Shown here: piece after piece, positions 30,112 through 38,699 of the stretch
Layout: every line of letters starts with the position of its first letter
How positions within the stretch are numbered: the stretch's first letter is position 1
Origin: Puniceicoccaceae bacterium
GTDB lineage: Bacteria > Verrucomicrobiota > Verrucomicrobiia > Opitutales > Coraliomargaritaceae
DNA length: 64,000 bases
Assembly: GCA_050301035.1 (NCBI GenBank)
Contig: JBNKYT010000013.1
Coordinates: 81,796 to 145,795, forward strand
Reading direction: 5' to 3'
Made by a program: the position numbers and the translations under genes
Notes under the pieces: generated by a model
The model's database searches: none
What the model was told of the DNA's origin: nothing
The model's input: the letters and a program-made list of their open reading frames with translations, nothing else

Positions 30112-30714
30112 ATGCTATCCGCTGTAGAACTCAATACTGCGATTAGCCAGATACAGGGCACTCCCTACGCAGGTGTGCTCACCCGCTTTGTGGATAGCGA
30201 TGCATTCGAAGCAGGGGATAAAAATTGTTTCTACGACTTAGGTCCCCATGTCAGTGGCAAGCGCTATACGCCCAAAGGCGGCGCACGCGGCATCTACATG
30301 GCCGAAGGTATTAAAGCCGCTCTGGGTGAAGCGACCCAAAATGGGCTCGCGGCATTAAATCCAAACAGGGTAGCCACACGTAACCAGATGGATATCAAAG
30401 TTAAGCTGGAGAGCGTGCTGGATTTGGGTGACGCGAGGATTCGTCGACGCCTGCAGACTTCAATTAATGAACTCAAATTACCATGGAAGGGTGGATTACT
30501 TCCGCCCTACTCCTGGCCGGTAACATGGCTGTTGGGGCAGGCAGTTTTTGAGAGTGAGCGCTTTGACGGGATACGCTACCCTTCAAAGGAAGTAAACCGA
30601 CATTACTGCGTGCTGATTTTAACGGAACGACTGGGTAAAAGCGCAAAACTTGCTGCACACCGCCCCGGCGAAGGACCTGTCTCTTTAACTGGTAATTTCA
30701 AGCTAAGACCATGA
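30112..30714 (+). CDS. RES-domain toxin
   Basis: Ordered R-E-S signature: SGKRYTPKGG, IYMAEGIKAALGE, GIRYPSKEVNRHYCVLI. 200 aa. Confidence 0.8.
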   Translation: MLSAVELNTAISQIQGTPYAGVLTRFVDSDAFEAGDKNCFYDLGPHVSGKRYTPKGGARGIYMAEGIKAALGEATQNGLAALNPNRVATRNQMDIKVKLESVLDLGDARIRRRLQTSINELKLPWKGGLLPPYSWPVTWLLGQAVFESERFDGIRYPSKEVNRHYCVLILTERLGKSAKLAAHRPGEGPVSLTGNFKLRP

Positions 30715-30957
30715 GCAATACCGGCAAACCAGAGCGCTCGACCAAAACATCCGCAACGACTCACCCGTGCGCCATGAAAATTGGAGATAGTGAGGAAATG
30801 CGCCCCACCGACTAGTGCTTAAATGCTGTATGACAAAGCGATAACCGATGTGATGCCATCAGTCATTCTGCATCATGTCCAGTAACCGGGGCTCTTTGAA
30901 GAATGAGACTCTGACGACGACCTTGATCGTATTGGAGTTGGAGGGAAGGCAACAGGA

Positions 30958-33171
30958 TCACGATTCGACCGATATCAAAGCCACCACCAACCGGATCTTC
31001 CCAAAGCTCACCTTGCCGTCGAGTGCGTCGAAGATCGGGCGCAGCGGGGCGGGACCGTGCTCGGCGACGGCTTCGCGAACGGCCGTGGCCTCCGCCTCGG
31101 CCACCAGTCCGTCGAGATCCTTGAGATGGCCTTCCTCGATGCAACGGGCGAGATGCGTCTCGATCGTCGTCGGGCTGAGCCCGCGCTCGGCGGCAATGGC
31201 TTCAACACCTTTGCCCGATTGAAAGAGTTCCAGGGTTTGGCGGGCGGTGCCATTGATCCCCTGCCTTTCCTTCGACTGACAAGCCGGATCGAGGAGCCCA
31301 AGGGGCTCGAAATCACGCGGGTCGTTCTCCGACAACCACTCCTCGATAACCTGCAGGAATTGGCCACCGTATTCGCGAAGTTTCTGCTGCCCGACACCGG
31401 GAATGGCGAGGAAGTCGCTTTCGCTGCATGGATAGCGGCGGGCCATCTGCCGCAATGCCACATCGCCGAAAACCACGTAAGGCGGCACGCCACGAGCATC
31501 GGCGAGATCCTTCCGCATGCCGCATAAAATTTCGAAGAGCCCTTCGTCGCACTCGATCGCCCCCGCCTTGACCCGCGAACGGGCGGCGGGTGATGCGTGT
31601 GGCAGAATCGGTTTCATCCGAATCTCCCGCCGCTCCCTCAGCGCAACCGTAGCCAGTGGGGTCAGCTCGACCGTGTTGTAGCCGTCGTCGGAGAGCGAAA
31701 GATAGCCGCGCTGGATCAGTTGCTTGCCCAAGCCCTGCCAATACTCGGCGGACTGGTCGCGACCGATCCCGTGAGTGGAGAGCCGGTTGTGGCCCTTACC
31801 GAGAACCTTGGCGTTTTCCGAGCCACGCAAGACATCGATACCGTGGTTGAGGCCCATCGGATAGCCCGCTTGATTGATCCGGTAGATACAGCTGAGCAGC
31901 TTCTGACAATCCGTCGTCACGTCGACCTCCTCACGCTCGTCGAGGCAATTGTCGCAGCTACCGCAGTTCTCTTCCTGAAAAGTCTCCCCGAAATAGCGAA
32001 GCAGCGCCCCCCGTCGGCAATCCGCATATTCCGCGAAATCGGCCATCCGACGCAGTTGTTGGCGGGCCACCTGCGCCGCCTGCTCGTCTTCCATCTGGTC
32101 GATGAAATGGCCGTATTTCGCGATATCTCCCCCGGAAAAAAGAAGCACGCACTCAGCAGGCAACCCATCGCGCCCGGCCCGGCCTGTTTCCTGATAATAG
32201 CTCTCGATATTCTTCGGAAGGTCCGCGTGTAAAACGTAGCGCACGTTCGGCTTGTTGATCCCCATGCCGAAAGCAATGGTCGCGCAGATGATCTGCACGT
32301 CATCACGAATGAAAGCCTCCTGATTGCGGATGCGTTCCTCCTGCGGCAGCCCGGCATGATATGGCAAAGCCTTGTGCCCGGCTTCCCGTAGCGTCGCCGC
32401 GTAGTCTTCCACCGCACGGCGCGACTGGCAGTAGACGATGCCCGAAACGTCTCGATTGCTCGCCGCATAATCGAGAATCTGGCCTCGCGGACGCTGCTTG
32501 GGAATGACGCGGTAGGTCAGGTTGGGCCGGTTAAAACTGGCAACGAACTGCCCCGGATCTTTCAATTGGAGCTGTTGGACGATATCCAGCTGCACCCGCT
32601 CGGTCGCGGTCGCAGTCAACGCGATCACCGGGATGTCCGGCAAGTGTTCGCGGATGGTCGCCAATTGACGGTATTCGGGCCGAAAGTCGTGCCCCCACTC
32701 ACTGATACAGTGGGCCTCGTCGATCGCCAACGCCTGTACCTTCCAGCGCTTCAATCGCTCCATGAACTCTGGAAGGAAAAGCCGCTCGGGTGCAACGTAG
32801 AGCAGGCGGTAGTCGCCACGCTCCAACCCCTCCAGACGACTGCGCGCCTCATCCCCGGAAAGCGAGGAGTTCAAGAACGTCGCCGCCACGCCCACTGCCT
32901 GCAACTGATCCACCTGATCCTTCATCAGCGCGATCAACGGCGAAACCACCAGCGTCAGCCCCTCCCGCTGCAACGCCGGCAACTGGTAGCACAGGCTCTT
33001 GCCCCCGCCCGTCGGCAAAATCGCCAACACATCCCGCCCGTTCAAGGACGATTCGATGATCTCCAACTGCAGGGGCCGAAAGGCATCGTAACCAAAAACG
33101 GATTTTAAAGACTGAAGCATCACGGGGGTATTCACATCACCCGACGCTATTTCTAATGAACGTTTGATCAA
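30958..33171 (-). CDS. recQ: ATP-dependent DNA helicase RecQ (with extra C-terminal HTH-like extension)
   Basis: Motif I (PTGGGKSLCYQLPA), DEAH box (AIDEAHCISEWGHDFRPEY), Zn-binding RQC region (CRRGALLRYFGE...CGSCDNC), an HRDC region, then about 130 further aa. Confidence 0.95.
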   Translation of the reverse strand: MIKRSLEIASGDVNTPVMLQSLKSVFGYDAFRPLQLEIIESSLNGRDVLAILPTGGGKSLCYQLPALQREGLTLVVSPLIALMKDQVDQLQAVGVAATFLNSSLSGDEARSRLEGLERGDYRLLYVAPERLFLPEFMERLKRWKVQALAIDEAHCISEWGHDFRPEYRQLATIREHLPDIPVIALTATATERVQLDIVQQLQLKDPGQFVASFNRPNLTYRVIPKQRPRGQILDYAASNRDVSGIVYCQSRRAVEDYAATLREAGHKALPYHAGLPQEERIRNQEAFIRDDVQIICATIAFGMGINKPNVRYVLHADLPKNIESYYQETGRAGRDGLPAECVLLFSGGDIAKYGHFIDQMEDEQAAQVARQQLRRMADFAEYADCRRGALLRYFGETFQEENCGSCDNCLDEREEVDVTTDCQKLLSCIYRINQAGYPMGLNHGIDVLRGSENAKVLGKGHNRLSTHGIGRDQSAEYWQGLGKQLIQRGYLSLSDDGYNTVELTPLATVALRERREIRMKPILPHASPAARSRVKAGAIECDEGLFEILCGMRKDLADARGVPPYVVFGDVALRQMARRYPCSESDFLAIPGVGQQKLREYGGQFLQVIEEWLSENDPRDFEPLGLLDPACQSKERQGINGTARQTLELFQSGKGVEAIAAERGLSPTTIETHLARCIEEGHLKDLDGLVAEAEATAVREAVAEHGPAPLRPIFDALDGKVSFGKIRLVVALISVES

Positions 33172-33476
33172 TAAAAAACGCGCCCTACACCCGCCAGAAA
33201 TGGACCCCGTACAACATGACCATTGAAACAGAATATCTGAAGGCAGAGTTTAACGTACTACTCACGCATGAAATCGATCAGCTTGAAAAACAGCGGATAG
33301 CGAACCAATCGGGAAATGGGACATCCCCGCTCTAGCACGCCGCTCCGTGAATTCACGTTCATTAACGTTCATTAACGGTTCAAAATGAATGCGGAAGAAG
33401 TGAAAGTTGGACATCGACAAGACGTCGACAACAAACAAGGCGAGAAATCGACTGGGATGGGAACCACCCTCCCCGA

Positions 33477-34652
33477 CTACAAGGCCCGCTCCAACCAGTC
33501 GGCGGCGGTGATGCCGCTGTCGGTCTGGAGTAAATAGCGCAACTCCGCCGCCTCGGATGCGGCTGTCTTCGCGGCATCGGGATCGTCGATGGCACGGAGG
33601 ATTTCCTCCGCCAAGCGTTCCGGCTTGGCCGCGTTCTGGATGAATTCGGGGTGGAGTTCGCGCCCGAGTAAGAGATTCGCAATGCCGATATACGGCACCT
33701 TGACCAGTAGGCGTCCGAGATAGTAACTGAGCGGATTCAAGCGGTACACAATCGCGCCGGGGATGGCGGAGAGTGCGCAGGCCAGCGACATGGTTCCGGA
33801 ACTCATGAGTACCGCGCTAGCGGGAAGGGCTTTCTCGGTATTGGCCACCCATTCGATGCTTTCGCGCAAATCCGCGTGCGTCGCCAAAATGCTCTCCAAT
33901 AGCTTGCGGATCTGCTCGCTGGGATACACCACCCGGGCGGTCAGATCGGGCCGTCGCGCTTTGGCTTTCCGGAAGCCGTCAAGCAGCAGGGGAAAAATCC
34001 GCCCCACCGCTGCCGAGCGACTGCCGGGCAGCAAAAGAACCGGAGCCGCCGCATCGTAGCGCAAGGGCAGCTCATAGTCGTCCCGCGCGAAGGGGTGCCC
34101 GACAAACTCCGTGGGCAATTCGGTATCGGAAAAGCACTCGATCTCGAAAGGAAAAATAACTCCGAGCTGGTCGATCAGTTTCGCCATCTTGAAACGGCGT
34201 TTCGCCTTCCATGCCCAGACCTGTGGGGAGATGTAATAACTGAGGCCGATCTCGCCCCCACCCTTTTTACTGAGACCGCGCTGGAAGAGTTGCTCGGCCA
34301 AGCGGAGGTTGAAGCCCGGATAATCGACGAAGCAAATGTGCTTGGGCCGGTAAAGGGCGATCCAGTCAAGCGTGCGCTCGAACAGGGACTTGAAGAAATT
34401 GTAGTGCCGCAGCACTTCGACGAAGCCGACGATGGAAACCGCAGTCAGATCGTAGAGCAACTGCGCGCCTGCCGCTTGAAGCTCCAGCCCGCCGAGACAA
34501 GCCACCTTCAACTCCGGGTTGCGGGCTTTTAGATCCGCAACCAAACGGGCCGCATGCTCATCCCCGGAGTGCTCGCCTGCGATGACAAGCAAATCCGGCC
34601 GGCCGTTGGCCGGTGCGGAAAAATCGTTGGTTGCTGGAACTTGGTCGGACAT
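33477..34652 (-). CDS. lpxB: Lipid-A-disaccharide synthase
   Basis: LLVIAGEHSGDEHAARLV N-terminus and overall LpxB pattern. I chose ATG 34652; the longer ORF to 34748 would overlap the upstream gene. Confidence 0.9.
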   Translation of the reverse strand: MSDQVPATNDFSAPANGRPDLLVIAGEHSGDEHAARLVADLKARNPELKVACLGGLELQAAGAQLLYDLTAVSIVGFVEVLRHYNFFKSLFERTLDWIALYRPKHICFVDYPGFNLRLAEQLFQRGLSKKGGGEIGLSYYISPQVWAWKAKRRFKMAKLIDQLGVIFPFEIECFSDTELPTEFVGHPFARDDYELPLRYDAAAPVLLLPGSRSAAVGRIFPLLLDGFRKAKARRPDLTARVVYPSEQIRKLLESILATHADLRESIEWVANTEKALPASAVLMSSGTMSLACALSAIPGAIVYRLNPLSYYLGRLLVKVPYIGIANLLLGRELHPEFIQNAAKPERLAEEILRAIDDPDAAKTAASEAAELRYLLQTDSGITAADWLERAL

Positions 34653-34680
34653 GACAGAGGGAAAGGCTATGCACCCGCGC

Positions 34681-35607
34681 CTACGATTGACGGATGAGCT
34701 CCGTAACTTGAATCGCCAGTTCGAGTGCGGACTTGCCGAGCTCGGCACCGACCTTCGGCTTGCCCGTTTCCTTCACCACTTGGACGAAGGATTCGAGTTC
34801 CAGTTTCAACGGCTCGTCTTTCTCGATCGGAATTTCCTCACGCACCAACTCGGCCCCCTCTTTGCGGAGGAAGTGCCCGCTCTGGTTCATAAAGTCGAGC
34901 GAGAGGTAATTCTGCGGCTGGAACACTCGGATCTCGCGCACCTTCTTCATACTCACGCGGCTGGTGTTGATGTTGGCGACACAACCGTTTTCGAAAGTGA
35001 TGCGGGCATTGGCAATGTCCTCGGACTTGGAGAGCACGTTGACGCCGACGGCATCGACTTGCTTCACCGGAGAACGCACGAGAGCGAGAATCACTCCGAT
35101 ATCATGGATCATGAGATCGAGCACGACTCCGACCTCCGTACCGCGCGGATTAAAGGGTGCGAGGCGGTCCGCCGTAATAAATTGTGGCTTGGTGACCGCA
35201 TTTTCCAGATAGCCCATCACCGGGTTGTAATGCTCGATGTGGCCGACCTGGACGATGCACCCAGCCGATTTCGCGGCGGAGAGGATCTCCTCGGCCTCTT
35301 CGAGGCTGGTGCAGAGCGGTTTCTCGATCAACAGGTGGCACCCGCCTTTGAGCAGGGGCACGGCAACCTCACAATGCTTGTCGGTCGGGACAACCACGCT
35401 GACTGCATCGCAGGCTTCGGCAAGCGCCTGGGCGGTTTCGAAACGCCGGCAACCATACTTCCCGCAGATTTCTTCCGCGCGGGCATCGTCGGCTTCGACG
35501 ATGCCGACGAGTTCGCAACCATCCAGCGCGGCATAGATACGTGCGTGGTGTTGCCCCAGGTAACCGGTGCCAACAACACCGCAGCGGATTTTCAAATCTT
35601 CAGACAT
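34681..35607 (-). CDS. Gfo/Idh/MocA family oxidoreductase (upstream of lpxB)
   Basis: IRCGVVGTGYLGQHHARIY Rossmann motif and EKP motif (LLIEKPL). I chose ATG 35607 because the longer ORF start lies inside the cysN terminator hairpin. Confidence 0.8.
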   Translation of the reverse strand: MSEDLKIRCGVVGTGYLGQHHARIYAALDGCELVGIVEADDARAEEICGKYGCRRFETAQALAEACDAVSVVVPTDKHCEVAVPLLKGGCHLLIEKPLCTSLEEAEEILSAAKSAGCIVQVGHIEHYNPVMGYLENAVTKPQFITADRLAPFNPRGTEVGVVLDLMIHDIGVILALVRSPVKQVDAVGVNVLSKSEDIANARITFENGCVANINTSRVSMKKVREIRVFQPQNYLSLDFMNQSGHFLRKEGAELVREEIPIEKDEPLKLELESFVQVVKETGKPKVGAELGKSALELAIQVTELIRQS

Positions 35608-35622
35608 GGGTCGATAAAGCGA

Positions 35623-35660
35623 AAAGCCCGACACAAAGACAAGGCTTTGTGTCGGGCTTT
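35623..35660 (-). terminator. Intrinsic terminator after cysN
   Basis: Perfect 16-bp stem AAAGCCCGACACAAAG / CTTTGTGTCGGGCTTT with a 6-nt loop. The T-rich tail is on the minus strand. Confidence 0.8.
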
Positions 35661-35684
35661 GTTGAGAAGATTCAGACTCGGAAA

Positions 35685-36968
35685 CTAGATGATCATGCCG
35701 GCGGCGACCGTCTCATTCGTCATCTCGTCGATCAGCACGAAACTACCGGTAATGCGGTTCGCCTTGTAGCTGTCGGCGATCAAAGGCGCGGAGGTGCGCA
35801 GCGAGATACGGCCGATGTCGTTGAGATTGAATACGAGGTCGTCTTCGATTTTGTGCAGGGTGTTGATGTTCACCTTATAGCGAACCGACTGGACGATGGC
35901 TTTGACTTCCTTCGTCGTGTGGCGGAGCACGAATTTACCGCGACCGGCGAGTTTCTTATCGGAGGAGAACCAGCAAATCATGGCTTCGATATCCTGACGC
36001 GGCTCGGGCGGATTGTTCGGCTTCGCCAACATATCCCCGCGCGAGATGTCGATCTCGTCTTCGAGTGTGATCGCGGCGGACATGGGAGTGAATGCTTCCT
36101 TCAGCTCACCGCCCATTTCGTGGATGGCCTTGATCCTCGATTTGAAACCGGAAGGTAAGACCACGACTTCATCGCCGGGCTTGAAAACACCGCCAGCAAC
36201 GCGTCCGGCGAAACCACGGAAATCGTGCCACTTGTCGGAGTGCGGACGGATGACCCACTGCACGGGGAAACGTGCATCGACGTGGTTGGCGTCGGCACCG
36301 ATGTAAACGGTTTCCAGATGGTAGAGCAGTGTCGGCCCCTTGTACCAGTCCATGTTCTTGGACTTATCGACGATGTTGTCGCCGAGAAGCGCACTGGCTG
36401 GGATGAAGGTGACTTCGACGATGTTGTCCAAACGGGACGCGAATTTCTTGAAATCCGCCACGATATTGTCGAAGGCCTCTTGCTCCCAATTGACCAAGTC
36501 CATCTTGTTCACGCAGACGACGATGTGCTGGATGCGGAGCAAATTCGCGATGAAAGCGTGGCGGCAGGTTTGCTCGATCACTCCCTTACGCGCGTCGACC
36601 AGAACGATCGCGAGGTTGGCGGTGGAGGCACCGGTCACCATGTTGCGGGTGTACTGGATGTGGCCCGGAGTGTCGGCGATGATGAACTTACGCTTCGGCG
36701 TGGCAAAGTAGCGGTAAGCCACGTCGATCGTGATGCCCTGCTCGCGCTCGGAACGGAGCCCGTCGGTGAGAAGCGCGAGGTTCACGTGTTCGTCGCCGCG
36801 GGACTTGGAGCTCTTCTCGACGGCTTCGAGCTGGTCTTCGAAGATCGCCTTGCTGTCATAAAGGAGTCGGCCGATAAGAGTACTCTTTCCGTCGTCGACG
36901 GAGCCTGCGGTGGTGAACCTCAAAAGGTCCATGTTGAGATAGCCTGCTGCTGTTTGTGCTTCGCTCAT
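35685..36968 (-). CDS. cysN: Sulfate adenylyltransferase subunit 1 (GTPase)
   Basis: GTPase motifs (GSVDDGKSTLIGRLL, DTPGH, NKMD). 427 aa, so not fused to an APS kinase. Confidence 0.9.
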   Translation of the reverse strand: MSEAQTAAGYLNMDLLRFTTAGSVDDGKSTLIGRLLYDSKAIFEDQLEAVEKSSKSRGDEHVNLALLTDGLRSEREQGITIDVAYRYFATPKRKFIIADTPGHIQYTRNMVTGASTANLAIVLVDARKGVIEQTCRHAFIANLLRIQHIVVCVNKMDLVNWEQEAFDNIVADFKKFASRLDNIVEVTFIPASALLGDNIVDKSKNMDWYKGPTLLYHLETVYIGADANHVDARFPVQWVIRPHSDKWHDFRGFAGRVAGGVFKPGDEVVVLPSGFKSRIKAIHEMGGELKEAFTPMSAAITLEDEIDISRGDMLAKPNNPPEPRQDIEAMICWFSSDKKLAGRGKFVLRHTTKEVKAIVQSVRYKVNINTLHKIEDDLVFNLNDIGRISLRTSAPLIADSYKANRITGSFVLIDEMTNETVAAGMII

Positions 36969-37020
36969 TGTATCAAATTTCTAATTGTTAATTGCTAATG
37001 CCTAATGGAACAGGGTCGGC

Positions 37021-37929
37021 TTAGAAGTAACCTTCTTTTTTGCGGTCTTCCATCGCAGTTTCGGAGCGTTTGTCATCCGCACGAGTGCCACGCTCGGTCT
37101 GGCGGGCTGCGGCCACTTCTCCGATAATGTCGTCGAGGCTGGTGGCGGTGGAGAGCGCCGCACCGGTGCAGGTGGCGTCGCCGATCGTGCGGAAGCGCAC
37201 GACCATCTTTTCCACCTTCTCGTCGGGCTGGACTTCGATGAAATCGGTCACGGCCATGATCACGCCGTTACGGACGAAGCAATCGCGCTCGTGCGAGAAG
37301 TACAGATTCGGCAGTTCGATTTCCTCGGCCTTGATGTATTGCCAGATGTCCATCTCCGTCCAGTTACTGAGCGGGAAGACACGGAAGTGCTCGCCGTGGC
37401 GTTTGCGGCCGTTGAAAATATTCCAGAGCTCGGGGCGCTGGTTCTTGGGGTCCCACTGGCCGAACTCATCGCGGTGCGAGAAGAAGCGCTCTTTGGCGCG
37501 CGCCTTTTCTTCGTCGCGGCGACCACCGCCGAGGGCGGCGTCGTACTGGCCTTTTTCGAGACCTTCGAGAAGTGCGACGGTCTGGAGTCCGTTACGGCTT
37601 GCGTAGGGGCCCTTTTCTTCGACGACTTTACCTTCGTCGATGGCTTGCTGCACGGAAGCCACCACCAGCTCGGCACCGATTTCTTCGACGAACTTGTCGC
37701 GATACTCCATCGTCTCGGGGAAATTGTGCCCGGTATCCACATGCAGCAGCGGAAACGGCAACTTCGCGGGCCAGAAGGCCTTCTTGGCAAGGTGCGCCAT
37801 AACGATGGAATCTTTCCCTCCGGAGAAGAGCAGCACTGGTTTCTCAAACTGGGCGGCCGTTTCGCGAAGGATATAGATCGCTTCGGACTCAAGCTGTTTG
37901 AGGTGAGTAATGGTGTAATCTTGATGCAT
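37021..37929 (-). CDS. cysD: Sulfate adenylyltransferase subunit 2
   Basis: PP-loop (LLFSGGKDS) and typical C-terminus (EDRKKEGYF). Confidence 0.95.
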   Translation of the reverse strand: MHQDYTITHLKQLESEAIYILRETAAQFEKPVLLFSGGKDSIVMAHLAKKAFWPAKLPFPLLHVDTGHNFPETMEYRDKFVEEIGAELVVASVQQAIDEGKVVEEKGPYASRNGLQTVALLEGLEKGQYDAALGGGRRDEEKARAKERFFSHRDEFGQWDPKNQRPELWNIFNGRKRHGEHFRVFPLSNWTEMDIWQYIKAEEIELPNLYFSHERDCFVRNGVIMAVTDFIEVQPDEKVEKMVVRFRTIGDATCTGAALSTATSLDDIIGEVAAARQTERGTRADDKRSETAMEDRKKEGYF

Positions 37930-37956
37930 GTTGTTTAAGAATTTTGAGGAAAGAAA

Positions 37957-38577
37957 TTAGGATTCGGAAGACGCCTGAATGAGAGGAAGCACTTGTTCGA
38001 GCAGCTCCTGTAGCGACTCTTCTTCCGTTTTATCGTCCGTCGTAATGATCCAGTCCGGATCGCCGGCTTCGGGCGCTTCAAAAGAAGAGTCTTTGCCGGT
38101 AAAGTTTTTGACGCCACCAGCTGCGGCCTTGGCGTAGAGACCTTTGACGTCGCGCTCGGCACAGGTATCAAAGGAGGCGTGTACGTAAACCGGCGTCATA
38201 TCGCCCTCCCCCACGATCCCGCGAGCCGATGCCCGGAGATCGCGTTTCGGTGTGATGAAAGAGGTAAAGACAACAATACCGGCTTCGAGGAAGAGGCGCG
38301 CCACTTCGGCAATGCGGCGGATGTTCTCCTGCCGATCCTCGTCGGAAAACCCAAGATCCGCGTTCAGACCGCTACGGATATTATCGCCGTCGAGAATCTT
38401 CGTGACGTAGCCCAACTCGACCAGTTTACGCTCAAGGGCGTTGGCCAGCGTACTTTTCCCCGAGCCCGACAAGCCGTAGAACCAGAAAACATGACCGCGT
38501 TGACGCAACTGCGCCTCCTTAGCCTCGCGGCCAAGCATGCGATGAAATTCGGTGTGTATGTTCTCCGGCGTAGGCAT
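37957..38577 (-). CDS. cysC: Adenylylsulfate kinase
   Basis: P-loop ([11 protein letters not shown]) and LDGDNIR motif. Confidence 0.9.
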   Translation of the reverse strand: MPTPENIHTEFHRMLGREAKEAQLRQRGHVFWFYGLSGSGKSTLANALERKLVELGYVTKILDGDNIRSGLNADLGFSDEDRQENIRRIAEVARLFLEAGIVVFTSFITPKRDLRASARGIVGEGDMTPVYVHASFDTCAERDVKGLYAKAAAGGVKNFTGKDSSFEAPEAGDPDWIITTDDKTEEESLQELLEQVLPLIQASSES

Positions 38578-38699
38578 TTTGAAAAGCCGCGATGAAAGCG
38601 GAACAGGTGGGAAAGTAAACAGGTTTTGTTTATCTTTAGTTCTTCAGTCAAGAACCTATTAAAAGAAAATCCCTCCTATTCACGGGCTCTTTCGACCGC

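Noticed and set aside
33217-33336. 39-codon ORF (MTIETEYLKAEFNVLLTHEIDQLEKQRIANQSGNGTSPL) in the recQ-lpxB spacer
   Set aside because: No RBS, no recognisable family and no terminator. It is indistinguishable from a chance ORF.
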